DNA of 63,166 nt, counting the filler, from an uncultured Synergistales bacterium (GTDB lineage Bacteria; Synergistota; Synergistia; Synergistales; Aminobacteriaceae), in NCBI GenBank assembly GCA_937897575.1. It is 8 parts of 8 records of this genome, joined end to end, with 100 filler letters (N's around TTAATTAATTAA, not from the genome) between each part and the next. Parts side by side here need not be neighbours in the genome. Positions count along the whole stretch, not along the records: positions 1 to 18,459 come from CALCQG010000007.1; 7 more parts are not named here. One strand, 5' to 3'. The position numbers and the translations under genes are program-made. Below, one piece after another: positions 1-9,930 of this stretch (the stretch's first letter is position 1; every line of letters begins with the position of its first letter). Below the pieces are notes generated by a model. The model saw only the letters and a list, made by a program, of their open reading frames with translations. It searched no databases and was not told where the DNA came from.

Positions 1-476
1 ATTCCATCAAGAAAGCCGTCGGCGACCAGGTGATAACGGGCGCGGTCATCACGGAGCTCGACGATCGTTTCGAGCCCGTGGGCGAGACGAAGGAGCTCGC
101 CTGTGACGTCATCTGCATCGCTGTCGGACTGACCCCGACGACGGACATTCTCGGCGAGGCAGGGTGCCGCATGCTCTACGTTCCCCAACTCTGCGGCAAC
201 GTCCCCCAGCGGGACCGGACGATGAGGACGTCAAATCCCGACTTCTACACGGCGGGCGATGCCACTGGGATAGAGGAGGCGAGCGCCGCCATGGTGGAGG
301 GACGCATCGCAGGCCTTTCAGCTGCGGCAAGCCTTGGTTTCCCCACAGAGCACGGCAAACTGGACGAATATTGGAGCCGCCTCACGGCGCTCCGTGCCGG
401 CGAGGCCGGCGCGAGGATATGCCAGGGGCTCGATTGCGTCCTTGTACAGGGATGGGAGGGTGGCAAAGATGCGTGA
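1..476 (+). CDS. FAD/NAD(P)-dependent oxidoreductase, proline dehydrogenase/sarcosine oxidase alpha-like subunit (5' partial)
   Basis: C-terminal motifs CDVICIAVG and YTAGDATGIEEASAAMVEGRIAG; stop overlaps next start. Confidence 0.8.
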   Translation, partial: SIKKAVGDQVITGAVITELDDRFEPVGETKELACDVICIAVGLTPTTDILGEAGCRMLYVPQLCGNVPQRDRTMRTSNPDFYTAGDATGIEEASAAMVEGRIAGLSAAASLGFPTEHGKLDEYWSRLTALRAGEAGARICQGLDCVLVQGWEGGKDA

Positions 477-981
477 CGAAGCGATGCTCTTCAACAGCGG
501 TGTCCTCACGGGCGAACGGGAAGGAGCCCTTCTGCCCCCACGCGAGCTGTGGGAGGAGAAGAAAGGCGGCCTGGTGGTCGTCGAATGCCCCCAGAGAATA
601 CCCTGCAACCCATGCCATACGAGCTGCCCTACGGCAGCCATACGACCTTTCGCCGACATAAACGACACGCCGACGGTGGACCACTCGAAGTGCACCGGTT
701 GCACCCTGTGCGTCGCCTCCTGTCCGGGGCTCGCCTGCTTTGTCATCGACCTCACCTTCTCCGAGGACAGAGCACTCTACAAACTGCCCTACGAGATGTT
801 GCCCGTGCCGGAAAAGGGGGAGACGTTCCAGTGCCTCGACAGAGAGGGGAATCCCATCGGGGAGGGCACGGTGGAGAATGTAACCCAGCCGAAAAAGGAC
901 AGGACCTATGTGGTGCACGTATCGGCGCCGAAGGAGATGCTTCGTCAGTTCAGATCCATAAAGGTGGTGCGAGGGAAATGA
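469..981 (+). CDS. 4Fe-4S dicluster ferredoxin-like subunit
   Basis: CPQRIPCNPCHTSCP and CTGCTLCVASCP clusters; ATG at 469 after GGAGG. Confidence 0.85.
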   Translation: MRDEAMLFNSGVLTGEREGALLPPRELWEEKKGGLVVVECPQRIPCNPCHTSCPTAAIRPFADINDTPTVDHSKCTGCTLCVASCPGLACFVIDLTFSEDRALYKLPYEMLPVPEKGETFQCLDREGNPIGEGTVENVTQPKKDRTYVVHVSAPKEMLRQFRSIKVVRGK

Positions 982-1268
982 CGGGAACGCACGAACAGAA
1001 CGAACCGATCTACGTCTGCCGCTGCGAGGAGATCACCCTCGACGAAATCCGTGAATGGATCGACAGAGGCTACGACACGCTCGACGAACTGAAGCGGGTG
1101 CTTCGTGTGGGGATGGGCCCGTGCCAGGGACGCGGGTGCCAGGATATCCTGCTCCGCGAGATTTCCAAGCGGACGGGAAAGCCCATCGTGAATGTGCCTC
1201 AGTCGACGGTCCGTCCCCCCGTCAAACCTGTTAAAATCGGTCTTCTCGCCAAGGGAGGGGAAGAGTGA
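978..1268 (+). CDS. BFD-like (2Fe-2S)-binding small subunit
   Basis: VCRCEE...RVGMGPCQGRGC...RPPVKP; ATGA overlap at 978-981. Confidence 0.85.
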   Translation: MTGTHEQNEPIYVCRCEEITLDEIREWIDRGYDTLDELKRVLRVGMGPCQGRGCQDILLREISKRTGKPIVNVPQSTVRPPVKPVKIGLLAKGGEE

Positions 1269-2416
1269 TGGAGTGGAAAAACACGGCAGATGTCGTCGTC
1301 ATCGGCGGAGGGATCCTTGGTGTATCGACGGCCTACTACCTCGCCAAGAACGGTATGAAGAATGTGACGCTCATAGAGAAGGGGACCATCTGCGGAGGGT
1401 CCACGGGACGATGCGGAGCGGGCATCAGGGCCCAGTGGGGAACGGAGATGAACTGCCGTCTCGGCGTCGCCGCGCTGGACACCTTCGAGCAGCTCAGCGA
1501 CGAGCTCGGCATGGACGTAGGGCTCAATCAGGGTGGATACCTTCTCGTCGCATACAGCGACAAGGAGATGGAGACCCTCGGCGCCGGGATGAAGCTCCAG
1601 AACTCCCTCGGGATACAGTCCCGCAACATCTCCCTCGCTGAAGCGCGGCAGATATGCCCGGGCCTCGCCGCCGACGACGCCGTCGGCTTCTTCTTCCATG
1701 CCAGAGACGGCCATGCGGATCCCTTCCTGACGACCTTCGCCTACCTCGAGAAGGCGAAGACCCTTGGCGTCACCCCGTACCGATTTACGGAGTGCACTGG
1801 CATCTCCGTGAAGGACGGCACCGTCACGGGAGTCGAGACGAACAGGGGGCACATCGATGCCCCGATCGTCATAAACTGCGCGGGGGCCTACGCCCAGGAC
1901 ATCGCCAAAATGGTCGGCGTGAACATCCACACCTGGGGAGAACGCCACGAAATCATGATCACGGAGCCCGTCGCGCCGGGCGTCTGTCCGTGCATGCTCA
2001 TGAGCTTTTCGGGGAACTACTATATCCAGCAGCGTCCCCACGGCTCCATCATTTGCGGCATGAGCCCCGAGGGACACCCTGCGGACTACCAGCTGAAGGA
2101 CACCTGGCAGTTCGTCGAGGCCATGTCCAAGATCCTCGTCCATCTTCTTCCAAGGACGAAGGGCATCCGGGTCGTGCGCCAGTGGTCCGGACTCTACGAC
2201 ATGACCCCCGACGCCCAACCCATCATCGGCGAAACGGATATAAAGAACTTCTATCACTCGACGGGATACTCCGGGCACGGCTTCATGCTCGCCCCCGTCG
2301 CCGGGAAGATCCTCGCCCAGCACATCATGGGCAAGAAGCCGGACATCGACTTCTCCATGCTCGACTACCGCCGATTCGACCGTGGCGAGCACATCAGGGA
2401 ATCGAACGTCGTATAG
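1268..2416 (+). CDS. FAD-dependent oxidoreductase (DAO family), proline dehydrogenase/sarcosine oxidase beta-like subunit
   Basis: VVVIGGGILG, GSTGRCGAGIRAQ, WSGLYDMTPDAQP, GYSGHGFMLAP. Confidence 0.9.
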   Translation: MEWKNTADVVVIGGGILGVSTAYYLAKNGMKNVTLIEKGTICGGSTGRCGAGIRAQWGTEMNCRLGVAALDTFEQLSDELGMDVGLNQGGYLLVAYSDKEMETLGAGMKLQNSLGIQSRNISLAEARQICPGLAADDAVGFFFHARDGHADPFLTTFAYLEKAKTLGVTPYRFTECTGISVKDGTVTGVETNRGHIDAPIVINCAGAYAQDIAKMVGVNIHTWGERHEIMITEPVAPGVCPCMLMSFSGNYYIQQRPHGSIICGMSPEGHPADYQLKDTWQFVEAMSKILVHLLPRTKGIRVVRQWSGLYDMTPDAQPIIGETDIKNFYHSTGYSGHGFMLAPVAGKILAQHIMGKKPDIDFSMLDYRRFDRGEHIRESNVV

Positions 2417-2899
2417 GCCAGAGCGTATAAAAAAAGAGGAGCCTTGCATGAAGAGCGTCGTCTCACCGCTTGACCGGTGTACCATATGCAGGACCTGCAC
2501 GTCAATCTTTTCGCTGCCATGGGATGAGAAGATACATACCAGTTCTTCCCAGGGTATCGATGACGAACGTCATGAGGGCCCCTCTGATTCGCGTCTGCGG
2601 TCACTTCGATGGACACTGTTTTGCAGTGACGCGCCAGTGAGACGGAGCGGGGGCCGTGCGGATCGACAGGGGAAGACACACGTCCTGTCCGATGTGCGCC
2701 GAGCTGCGTCTCTCTGTGTTCATGCTCCTCAATGAAGCAATCCCTCGGGACGTGAAGCGATCATCATCACGAAGGAACACCGCTTCACGTCCCGATCGAT
2801 CATCGTCTGAGCACGTGAGGAATTTCCCTCGGCTCATCGTTCCCGACGAAGCGGCGTGTCCATGCTCTACATGATCAGCGGAGGTTGACGGGTGCATCT

Positions 2900-3829
2900 A
2901 TGGAAAAAATAACGGGGATGATCTTCGACATCAAACGGTACTCGATCCACGACGGGCCGGGCATCCGAACGACCTTCTTCCTCAAGGGGTGCCCTCTCTC
3001 CTGCTGGTGGTGCCATAACCCCGAAGGCATATCCGCGGAGCCCGTCATGACGTACCGCGCCGGCCGGTGCATCTCCTGCGGAGAGTGCATCGCCGTCTGT
3101 CCGACGGGCGCATGGAGCCGGAGACCGGACGGGACTCCGGAGCGGGACATGACGAAATGTACGAGCTGCCGGGCCTGCGAAAGACGGTGCCCCACGACGG
3201 CGATCCAGTTCGCCGGACGGACGATATCCGTCGCCGACGTCGTCGCCGAGGCGAAAAAGGACATCCCCTTCTTCGACGCCTCCGGTGGCGGGGTCACCTT
3301 TTCAGGCGGAGAACCCATCCTGCAGCCCCTGTTTCTCGGTGCGGCGCTGCAGGCCTTGCGCGAGGAAGGCATCCACACGGCGGTGGACACGTCGGGATGC
3401 GCTCCGGAGCAGGACTTGTTGCGTATTGCAGAATATACTGACCTTTTTCTATTCGACGTCAAAATTGTTGACCAAACCTTGCATGAACTCTATACTAACG
3501 CCAAGAATGACCATATTCTTTCAAACCTGAAAGCACTGGATGCGTGGCTGGCCAAAGGGGGGCAAAAAAACATCTCCATCAGAATCCCCCTGATTCCGGG
3601 GGTGAACGATTCCGAGGCGGGGCTCCTGCAGGCTATCACGTTCATCCGTTCGCTCCGATCCGTTCAGTCGGTTCATATCTTGCCATATCACTCCGCCGGA
3701 TCGGCGAAGTACAGAAATATCGGGATGGAGTACCGGATGGGCTCGACCCAGCCTCCGTCGGCGGAGGAGGTTGAGAGGGTTCTGGCACTTTTTAGAGGAC
3801 ACGGCATAGATGCTGTACAGGGAGGGTAG
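2900..3829 (+). CDS. Glycyl-radical enzyme activating enzyme (radical SAM with ferredoxin insert)
   Basis: HDGPGIRTTFFLKGCPLSCWWCHNPE, two extra CxxCxxCxxxCP clusters, GGVTFSGGEP. Confidence 0.93.
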   Translation: MEKITGMIFDIKRYSIHDGPGIRTTFFLKGCPLSCWWCHNPEGISAEPVMTYRAGRCISCGECIAVCPTGAWSRRPDGTPERDMTKCTSCRACERRCPTTAIQFAGRTISVADVVAEAKKDIPFFDASGGGVTFSGGEPILQPLFLGAALQALREEGIHTAVDTSGCAPEQDLLRIAEYTDLFLFDVKIVDQTLHELYTNAKNDHILSNLKALDAWLAKGGQKNISIRIPLIPGVNDSEAGLLQAITFIRSLRSVQSVHILPYHSAGSAKYRNIGMEYRMGSTQPPSAEEVERVLALFRGHGIDAVQGG

Positions 3830-3836
3830 AGAAAAA

Positions 3837-6201
3837 ATGAACGAGAGAATATCCCGGCTGAGAAAGGAAAGTTTCGAGACGAAGCCGAGCATCTCCATCG
3901 AACGCGCTCTGCTGACCACGGAGTTCTACCGCGAGAACGCCGGAAAATACTCCGTCCCCGTCATGAGGGCGCTGAACTTCAAGAACCTCTGCGAGAGGAA
4001 GGCCATCTATATCGGACCGGACGAGCTCATCGTGGGAGAACGCGGCCCCGGGCCCAAAGTCGTCTCCACGTTTCCGGAGCTGAACTGCCACAGCGGAGAG
4101 GACCTTCGGATCCTCAACGCCCGCCCGATGACGAACTACCGCGTCGAGGAGGAGGATATCGCGACCTTCGAGCGGGAAGTGGTCCCCTATTGGAAGGGGA
4201 GGACCGTTCGGGACAAGATCTTTTCCGCCATGTCGAAGGAGTGGACGAACCTCTACGAGGCGGGGACGTACACCGAGTTCATGGAGCAGCGTGCTCCGGG
4301 GCACACCGCCCTCGACGGCGCCATCTACAAGACCGGGCTCCTCGACATGAAGGAGAAGATCCAGTCCGTCCGATCCCGTCTCGATTGGCTCAACGACCCG
4401 CACGCGACGGAGAAGGACGAGGAGCTCAAGGCGATGGTGATCGCCTGCGACGCCTCCATCATCTTCGCAAACCGTCACGCCGACCTTGCCGAGCAGATGG
4501 CGAAGTCCGAGAGCGACCCCGCTCGGAAGGCGGAGCTGCTGAAGATCGCCGACGTGTGCCGCCATGTCCCGGCGCACGCGCCGCGAGACTTCCACGAGGC
4601 CATTCAGACCTACTGGTTCACCCACTTGGGGACCATCACGGAGTTGAACGGATGGGACGCCATGTCGCCCGGGCATTTCGATATCCACCTCGCCCCCTTC
4701 TATGAGCAGGGTGTCGCGGACGGAACATTGGACCGCGAACGGGCGAAGGAGCTCCTCTCCTGCTGGCGCCCAGCATTGTCGGAATTGCACGCCGGCCCCG
4801 CCAAAAGTAGGCGTGACGGCGGCGGAGAGCGGGACCTACAACGACTTCACCCAGATTAACCTCGGCGGACTCACCCGCGACGGCGAGGACGGCGTCAGCG
4901 AAGTCTCGTACATCATCCTCGACGTGCTGGATGAACTTCAGCTCCTCCAGCCCCAGGCGAGCGTGCACATCTCCACGAAGACGCCCGAGCGCTTCCTGAA
5001 GTACGCCTGTTCCGTCATACGCCACGGCTCCGGCTATCCCTCGGTCTTCAACTCCGACGCCGTCTTCATGGAGCAGCTCGGCATGGGCAAGACGGTGCAG
5101 GATGCCCGGACAGGCGGGACGAGCGGATGCGTCGAGACCGGCTCCTTCGGCAAGGAGGCTTATATTCTGCACGGATACCTCAACGTGCCGAAGGTCCTCG
5201 AGCTCACCCTCAACAACGGTGTGGACCCCCTCACGGGCAAACAGGTCGGCATCGCGACGGGCGACCCGCTCGGCTTCACGTCCTTCGACGACCTCTACGG
5301 CGCCTTCGAAAAACAGCTGAACTACGTGGTGGAGACGAAGATCAAGGCGGACAACTACATCCAGAGAATGTTCGCCCAGTACGCTCCGGCGCCCTATCTG
5401 TCCGTGTTGATTGAAGGCTGTATCGATTCGGGCAGAGACTACTACAACGGCGGCCCGAAGTACAATTCGGACTACATCCAGTGCTGCGGCATCGGAACGG
5501 TGACGGACAGCCTCTCCGCGCTGAAAAAGCACGTGTACGAAGAGGGGACCGTCACCATGCAGGACCTTTTGCAGGCATTGAAGGACAACTGGCAGGGCCA
5601 CGAGCCCCTTCGCCAGACCATCTGGAACAGGACACCCTTCTTCGGCAACGACGACGAGTATGCCGACGTCATAATGCAGAGGGTCTATGAAACCCTGCTC
5701 GACACCATCGACGGGCGCAACTCGCCCAAGGGGCCGACCTACCATGTGAATATGCTGTCGACCACGTGCCACATCTACTTCGGCAAGATGCTGGGGGCAA
5801 CGCCCAACGGGCGGTTCGCCCGCGTCCCCCAATCGGACGGCACCTCTCCGGAGCACGGCGCCGACCGCAACGGTCCCACGGCGGTGGTCAAGTCCCTGAG
5901 CAAAATGGATCAGCTCAAATCGGGCGGAACACTCCTGAACCAGAGGTTCCTTCCCTCCGTGCTCGCCGGCGACGGCGGGCTCGACAAGATGGCCAAGCTC
6001 ATCAGGACGTACTTCAACCTCGGCGGACACCACGTCCAGTTCAATGTGGTGGATACGGAGACTCTGCGAAAGGCTCAGAAGAACCCCGAGGCGTACAGAG
6101 GCCTTCTTGTCCGGGTGGCGGGGTACAGCGACTACTTCGTCGACCTGGACGAACACCACCAGGAGGAGATCATCGCCAGAACGACCCAGGAGAGCTTCTG
6201 A
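3837..6201 (+). pseudogene. hypD: trans-4-hydroxy-L-proline dehydratase (glycyl radical enzyme), split by a frameshift at about 4764-4788 as assembled
   Basis: TEFMEQRAPGH, ELNGWD, PAPPKVG..ESGTYNDF, GTSGCVE, STTCH and RVAGYS match recalled HypD active-site motifs; the halves lie in frames 3810..4859 and 4702..6201. Confidence 0.85.
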
Positions 6202-6345
6202 TATCGATTGTGCGCCCAAGTTCCCGTCTCTTGAAAAATCCTCTTGTGGAGGGAGGGATGAGGAAAGAGAAAGTCGAAGGTAAACGCGTGATCCCCATGT
6301 GAACCAACAGGCAACTCACACATCGACGAAAGGGGTTCAGATGCA

Positions 6346-7362
6346 ATGAAAAAAGCCTTCAAGTTCGCAATGCTCGCTGCTGTGCTTGCCATGACGCTCG
6401 TCACCCTCGCCCCGCAGATGTCCTCGGCGGCCCCTGAGATGACCCTCCGCTTCGCCAATCAGGTCCCCGTGGACCATACCGCAACGAAGCTCATGAACCA
6501 GATCGCGGCCAACGTCAAGGAGAGGACGAACGGGCGAATCGAGATCGTCGTCTACCCGGCCAACCAGCTCGGTGACTACACCCTCGTCTACGAAGAGCTT
6601 ATCCGCGGAACCATCGACATGGCGGGCATCTCCATTCCCAGCCAGTTCGACCCCCGGCTTGAGCTGACCTACATCAACTGCTTCGTCCGGAACTTCGACG
6701 AGGCCAAGACGGTCTTCGCCGCCGACGGGTGGCTGTACAAGAAGATGGACGAACTCAATACCCGCCTTGGCGTGAAGCTCCTCGGCTTCCAGGTGGAAGG
6801 CTTCATCGGCATCGGCAGCACGAAACCGGCGGTCGAACCCCTCAACCCAGATGTGGCCAAGGGACTCCTTGTCCGCGTTCCCAACATGGACGTCTACAAG
6901 CTGGGTGCTGAGGCCATGGGTTACCGCACTGTAACGGTGCCGTGGGCAGAAGTGTACACCGCCCTTCAGACGGGCGTGGCCGACGGCGTGGACGGCATGA
7001 CCCCGACAGCCGCCTACACCATGCTGAAAGACGTGCTGAAGTACTGGTACGATCTGAACTACTCCGTGGAGAACTTCAACTATATGATGAGCCAGAAGAC
7101 CTGGGACAAGCTCTCCAAGGAAGACCAGGCGATCTTCGCCGACGAGTGCGCCAAGGTCACCGAAATGAGCATCGAGCTTGCCAAACAGGACCAGGAGAAG
7201 TACCTCCAGCTCATGCGCGATGCCGGCATCGAAGTGCACACCTACAAGCCGGAAGAACTCACCCCCATCTTCACGAAGGTCTCCGGAACCTGGGACAAAC
7301 TCGCTGACAAGTTCGGCAAGGACCTGATCGACGAGTTTAAGTCCGTCTACGCACCGAAATAA
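6346..7362 (+). CDS. dctP: TRAP transporter substrate-binding protein
   Basis: Signal peptide, YPANQLG, conserved Arg in LLVRVP, EVYTALQTGVADG. Confidence 0.92.
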   Translation: MKKAFKFAMLAAVLAMTLVTLAPQMSSAAPEMTLRFANQVPVDHTATKLMNQIAANVKERTNGRIEIVVYPANQLGDYTLVYEELIRGTIDMAGISIPSQFDPRLELTYINCFVRNFDEAKTVFAADGWLYKKMDELNTRLGVKLLGFQVEGFIGIGSTKPAVEPLNPDVAKGLLVRVPNMDVYKLGAEAMGYRTVTVPWAEVYTALQTGVADGVDGMTPTAAYTMLKDVLKYWYDLNYSVENFNYMMSQKTWDKLSKEDQAIFADECAKVTEMSIELAKQDQEKYLQLMRDAGIEVHTYKPEELTPIFTKVSGTWDKLADKFGKDLIDEFKSVYAPK

Positions 7363-7385
7363 CAGAAGGCATATCGGACCGACGT

Positions 7386-7410
7386 CGGGGAGGAACACTC
7401 TTCCTCCCCG
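7386..7410 (+). terminator. Intercistronic stem-loop after dctP
   Basis: CGGGGAGGAA-cactc-TTCCTCCCCG perfect 10-bp stem. Confidence 0.55.
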
Positions 7411-7447
7411 CCGTTTCTTATGGCGCATAGCCCGCAAGGAGGATAGC

Positions 7448-8011
7448 ATGTCGGAAGAAAAAGTTGCGAGCTGTTTTCCGGAAGATCCCCCGGACAGCAG
7501 GACTCAAGTGGACAAGGTGCTCCTTCCGTTCTTTTCGCTTATCTGTGTCGTCTGTTCGCTCCTGCTTGCCCTGGTCATATCGGCGGCGGCCTTCACCAGA
7601 TACGTCATCGGCGGAGACCTGTACGGCTTCGAGGAGTGGGTGAAGCTCTTCGCCTTCTGGCTCTACTTCATGGGGGGCGCCTACGGCGCCTACAACGACA
7701 CCCACGTTTCGGCCGACATTATCGACTCCTACATGAAGGAGGGGACCTTCAAGCGGTTTGTGGTCGTGCTGCGCAACTTCATCACCACAGCGATAAGCGT
7801 CCTCTTCACGTGGTACGGCTACGAGTTCTTCATGTTCGGCTTCATGGGCCCCCTCGGGACACGAGTCGCCATCCCGAGGACCACCGTCTGGTCCATTCCT
7901 CTCTGGACATCCTACCTCGCCGTCTTCCTCGGCCTGATCTTCATGACCTTCTATTTCGGTATGCGCCTGCTGCGCAATACGCGCGTCCTGATTCGAGGTG
8001 GAAAAGCATGA
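7448..8011 (+). CDS. dctQ: TRAP transporter small permease
   Basis: Four hydrophobic segments, RYV..GFEE, HVSAD; position between dctP and dctM. Confidence 0.9.
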   Translation: MSEEKVASCFPEDPPDSRTQVDKVLLPFFSLICVVCSLLLALVISAAAFTRYVIGGDLYGFEEWVKLFAFWLYFMGGAYGAYNDTHVSADIIDSYMKEGTFKRFVVVLRNFITTAISVLFTWYGYEFFMFGFMGPLGTRVAIPRTTVWSIPLWTSYLAVFLGLIFMTFYFGMRLLRNTRVLIRGGKA

Positions 8012-9324
8012 TCTACATCGCCGTCACGATCCTTCTTGTCACGCTGCTCCTCGGCGTCCCCGTCCCCATGAGCTTCATGGCCTCCACGGCATGGCTCCTC
8101 TTCTTCGGCGGCACGAACCAGACGGGCTATCAGGCTAGCATGGTGCTGCCATACGGCTTCAGCTCCATGAACAGCATCGCCCTCATCTCCATCTGCCTCT
8201 TCATCATGGCGGGCGGCATAATGGAGCGGGGAAAGATCGGTGAAAAGCTCATCAACCTCGTCGAACTGTTCGTCGGAAGGATCAAGGGCGGACTGGGCAT
8301 CGTAGGGACCGTCTCCTGCGCTGTCTTCGGCTCCATAACGGGCTCCGCCTGCGCCACCCTCTCCTGCATCGGGTCCATCATGTTCCCGCGGCTCAAAGAG
8401 GCGGGGTACCCCCGGGGCGTCGCCGCCGCTATCATGTCGAACGCGGCACTGCTCGGGATGCTCATCCCGCCGAACTCGACGCTCATCATCTTCGCCTGGA
8501 TCGGAGGGCAGTCCATTCTTGCCTGCTTCCTCTCGACGGTGTTCCCGGGCATCATGATGACCATCCTGATCAGCCTCGTGAACTGCTGGCTCGTCCGAAA
8601 CAACCCCGACGTGAAGACTACCGAGCCGGTCCACGGCAAGGAAAAAATGAGGCTCCTCAAGGAGAGGGGATTCATCGCCCTGCCGGCCCTTATGCTGCCC
8701 GTCATCGTCCTCGGCGGCATCTACGGGGGAATCATGACGCCAACAGAGGCCGCGGCCGTGGCCGTGATCTACGCCATCCCCACCGGCATGTTCATCTACA
8801 AGGGGCTGACCCTCCGGGGGCTTTGGGATTCGCTCGTGGAGTCGGCTGTGACGACGGGCGTCGTCATGGTCATGCTGTACTCCGTCATGATGCTCAGCCG
8901 CCTGTACATCCTGGAGGACCTTCCCGGGAAGATGCTCGGCCTCTTCCAGTCCGTCTCGTCGAACCGATGGATCATCCTGCTCATGATCAACATCTTCCTC
9001 GTGATCATGGGCATGCTCATGGACGATATCAGCTCCGTCACGCTGACAACCCCCATCCTGATGCCCATCATCCTGCAGCTCGGGTTCAACCCCATCCACT
9101 ACGCCGCCATCGTCGGCGTCAACACGGGACTGGGGTGCATCACGCCGCCGGCAGCGCCCGTCCTCTACCTTGGAGGCCGTCTCGGAGAGGCTCCAATCAA
9201 CGAGATGATCGGTCCCACCATGTGGATCATCTTATTGGCGTGGACCCCGACGCTTATCGTCACCACCTACTTCCCGAAGTTCTCACTCCTGCTGCCGCAC
9301 CTTCTTTTGGGAACTCCGTGGTGA
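8008..9324 (+). CDS. dctM: TRAP transporter large permease
   Basis: FGSITGSA, LGMLIPPNS, GIMTPTEAAA, GCITPP; ATGA overlap with dctQ. Confidence 0.92.
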   Translation: MIYIAVTILLVTLLLGVPVPMSFMASTAWLLFFGGTNQTGYQASMVLPYGFSSMNSIALISICLFIMAGGIMERGKIGEKLINLVELFVGRIKGGLGIVGTVSCAVFGSITGSACATLSCIGSIMFPRLKEAGYPRGVAAAIMSNAALLGMLIPPNSTLIIFAWIGGQSILACFLSTVFPGIMMTILISLVNCWLVRNNPDVKTTEPVHGKEKMRLLKERGFIALPALMLPVIVLGGIYGGIMTPTEAAAVAVIYAIPTGMFIYKGLTLRGLWDSLVESAVTTGVVMVMLYSVMMLSRLYILEDLPGKMLGLFQSVSSNRWIILLMINIFLVIMGMLMDDISSVTLTTPILMPIILQLGFNPIHYAAIVGVNTGLGCITPPAAPVLYLGGRLGEAPINEMIGPTMWIILLAWTPTLIVTTYFPKFSLLLPHLLLGTPW

Positions 9325-9339
9325 GAACGGGGAGGCGAC

Positions 9340-9630
9340 GTGTCCTACAGGAACCTGTTCGGTCTTGCCTGTCTCTTCTGCTTCATAACCGGGCTCGTGA
9401 CGCATTCACCCTACGCCTACTGGGGGGCTCTGTTTGCTGGAGCCCTCTCGCGGGCGTCGGTGCGGAAGGGGTGGTCCACACCGCAGTGGATGGAGCGTCT
9501 CTCCCTCTTTCGCGGAACCCCTTGGCTGACCAAAGAACACAAGAAAGGCCTTCGTTCAGTCACCCCGGAAGAGGTCGCCGCGCTCCAGAAGGGGAAAGAG
9601 CAAGAAGACAGACAAGAGAAGCGCACCTAA
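9340..9630 (+). CDS. Small hypothetical membrane protein
   Basis: GGGGAGG RBS before GTG; two hydrophobic stretches then a charged tail; lies before the terminator. Confidence 0.55.
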   Translation: MSYRNLFGLACLFCFITGLVTHSPYAYWGALFAGALSRASVRKGWSTPQWMERLSLFRGTPWLTKEHKKGLRSVTPEEVAALQKGKEQEDRQEKRT

Positions 9631-9638
9631 TGCATGAT

Positions 9639-9669
9639 ATACCCCCTCCGGGTCCGCCGAAGGGGGTAT
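9639..9669 (+). terminator. Probable terminator of the TRAP operon
   Basis: ATACCCCCTCCGG / CCGAAGGGGGTAT stem with 1 mismatch. Confidence 0.55.
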
Positions 9670-9801
9670 CTTCTGTCGCTTTCTCCTGTACGTCAGCTTT
9701 ACGCCTTTGCCATGCCACAGAGGCAATCTTCTTGAAAGCGACTGTGCTGGCCTGATGAGATCTCAGCCGTACGGGAAAGTGTGCTCTTCATCAGACGCAG
9801 C

Positions 9802-9830
9802 TTGTCTTTTCAGGACAGGGATGATACTAT
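9802..9830 (+). promoter_or_regulatory. Sigma70-type promoter of the tRNA-Arg locus
   Basis: TTGTCT-17 nt-TACTAT with extended -10 TG; same TGnTACTAT as the tRNA-Gln promoter at 53108. Confidence 0.65.
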
Positions 9831-9890
9831 TCCTCTGTTCGTCCGGATGCGGAACGAAGCCCCCGAACAGGATGAACGCCCTTTTCACGC

Positions 9891-9930
9891 GGGCCTGTAG
9901 CTCAGAGGATAGAGCGACAGCCTCCTAAGC
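9891..9930 (+). pseudogene. 5' half of tRNA-Arg(CCT), truncated in the anticodon stem; candidate att site
   Basis: GGGCCTG TA GCTC AGAGGATA GAGC G ACAGC CT CCT AA GC, then unrelated sequence with no T-arm or CCA. Confidence 0.8.

Noticed and set aside
2448..2735. ORF with an AGGAG RBS and CxxCxxC
   Set aside because: Only a partial Cys motif, atypical composition and no family resemblance.
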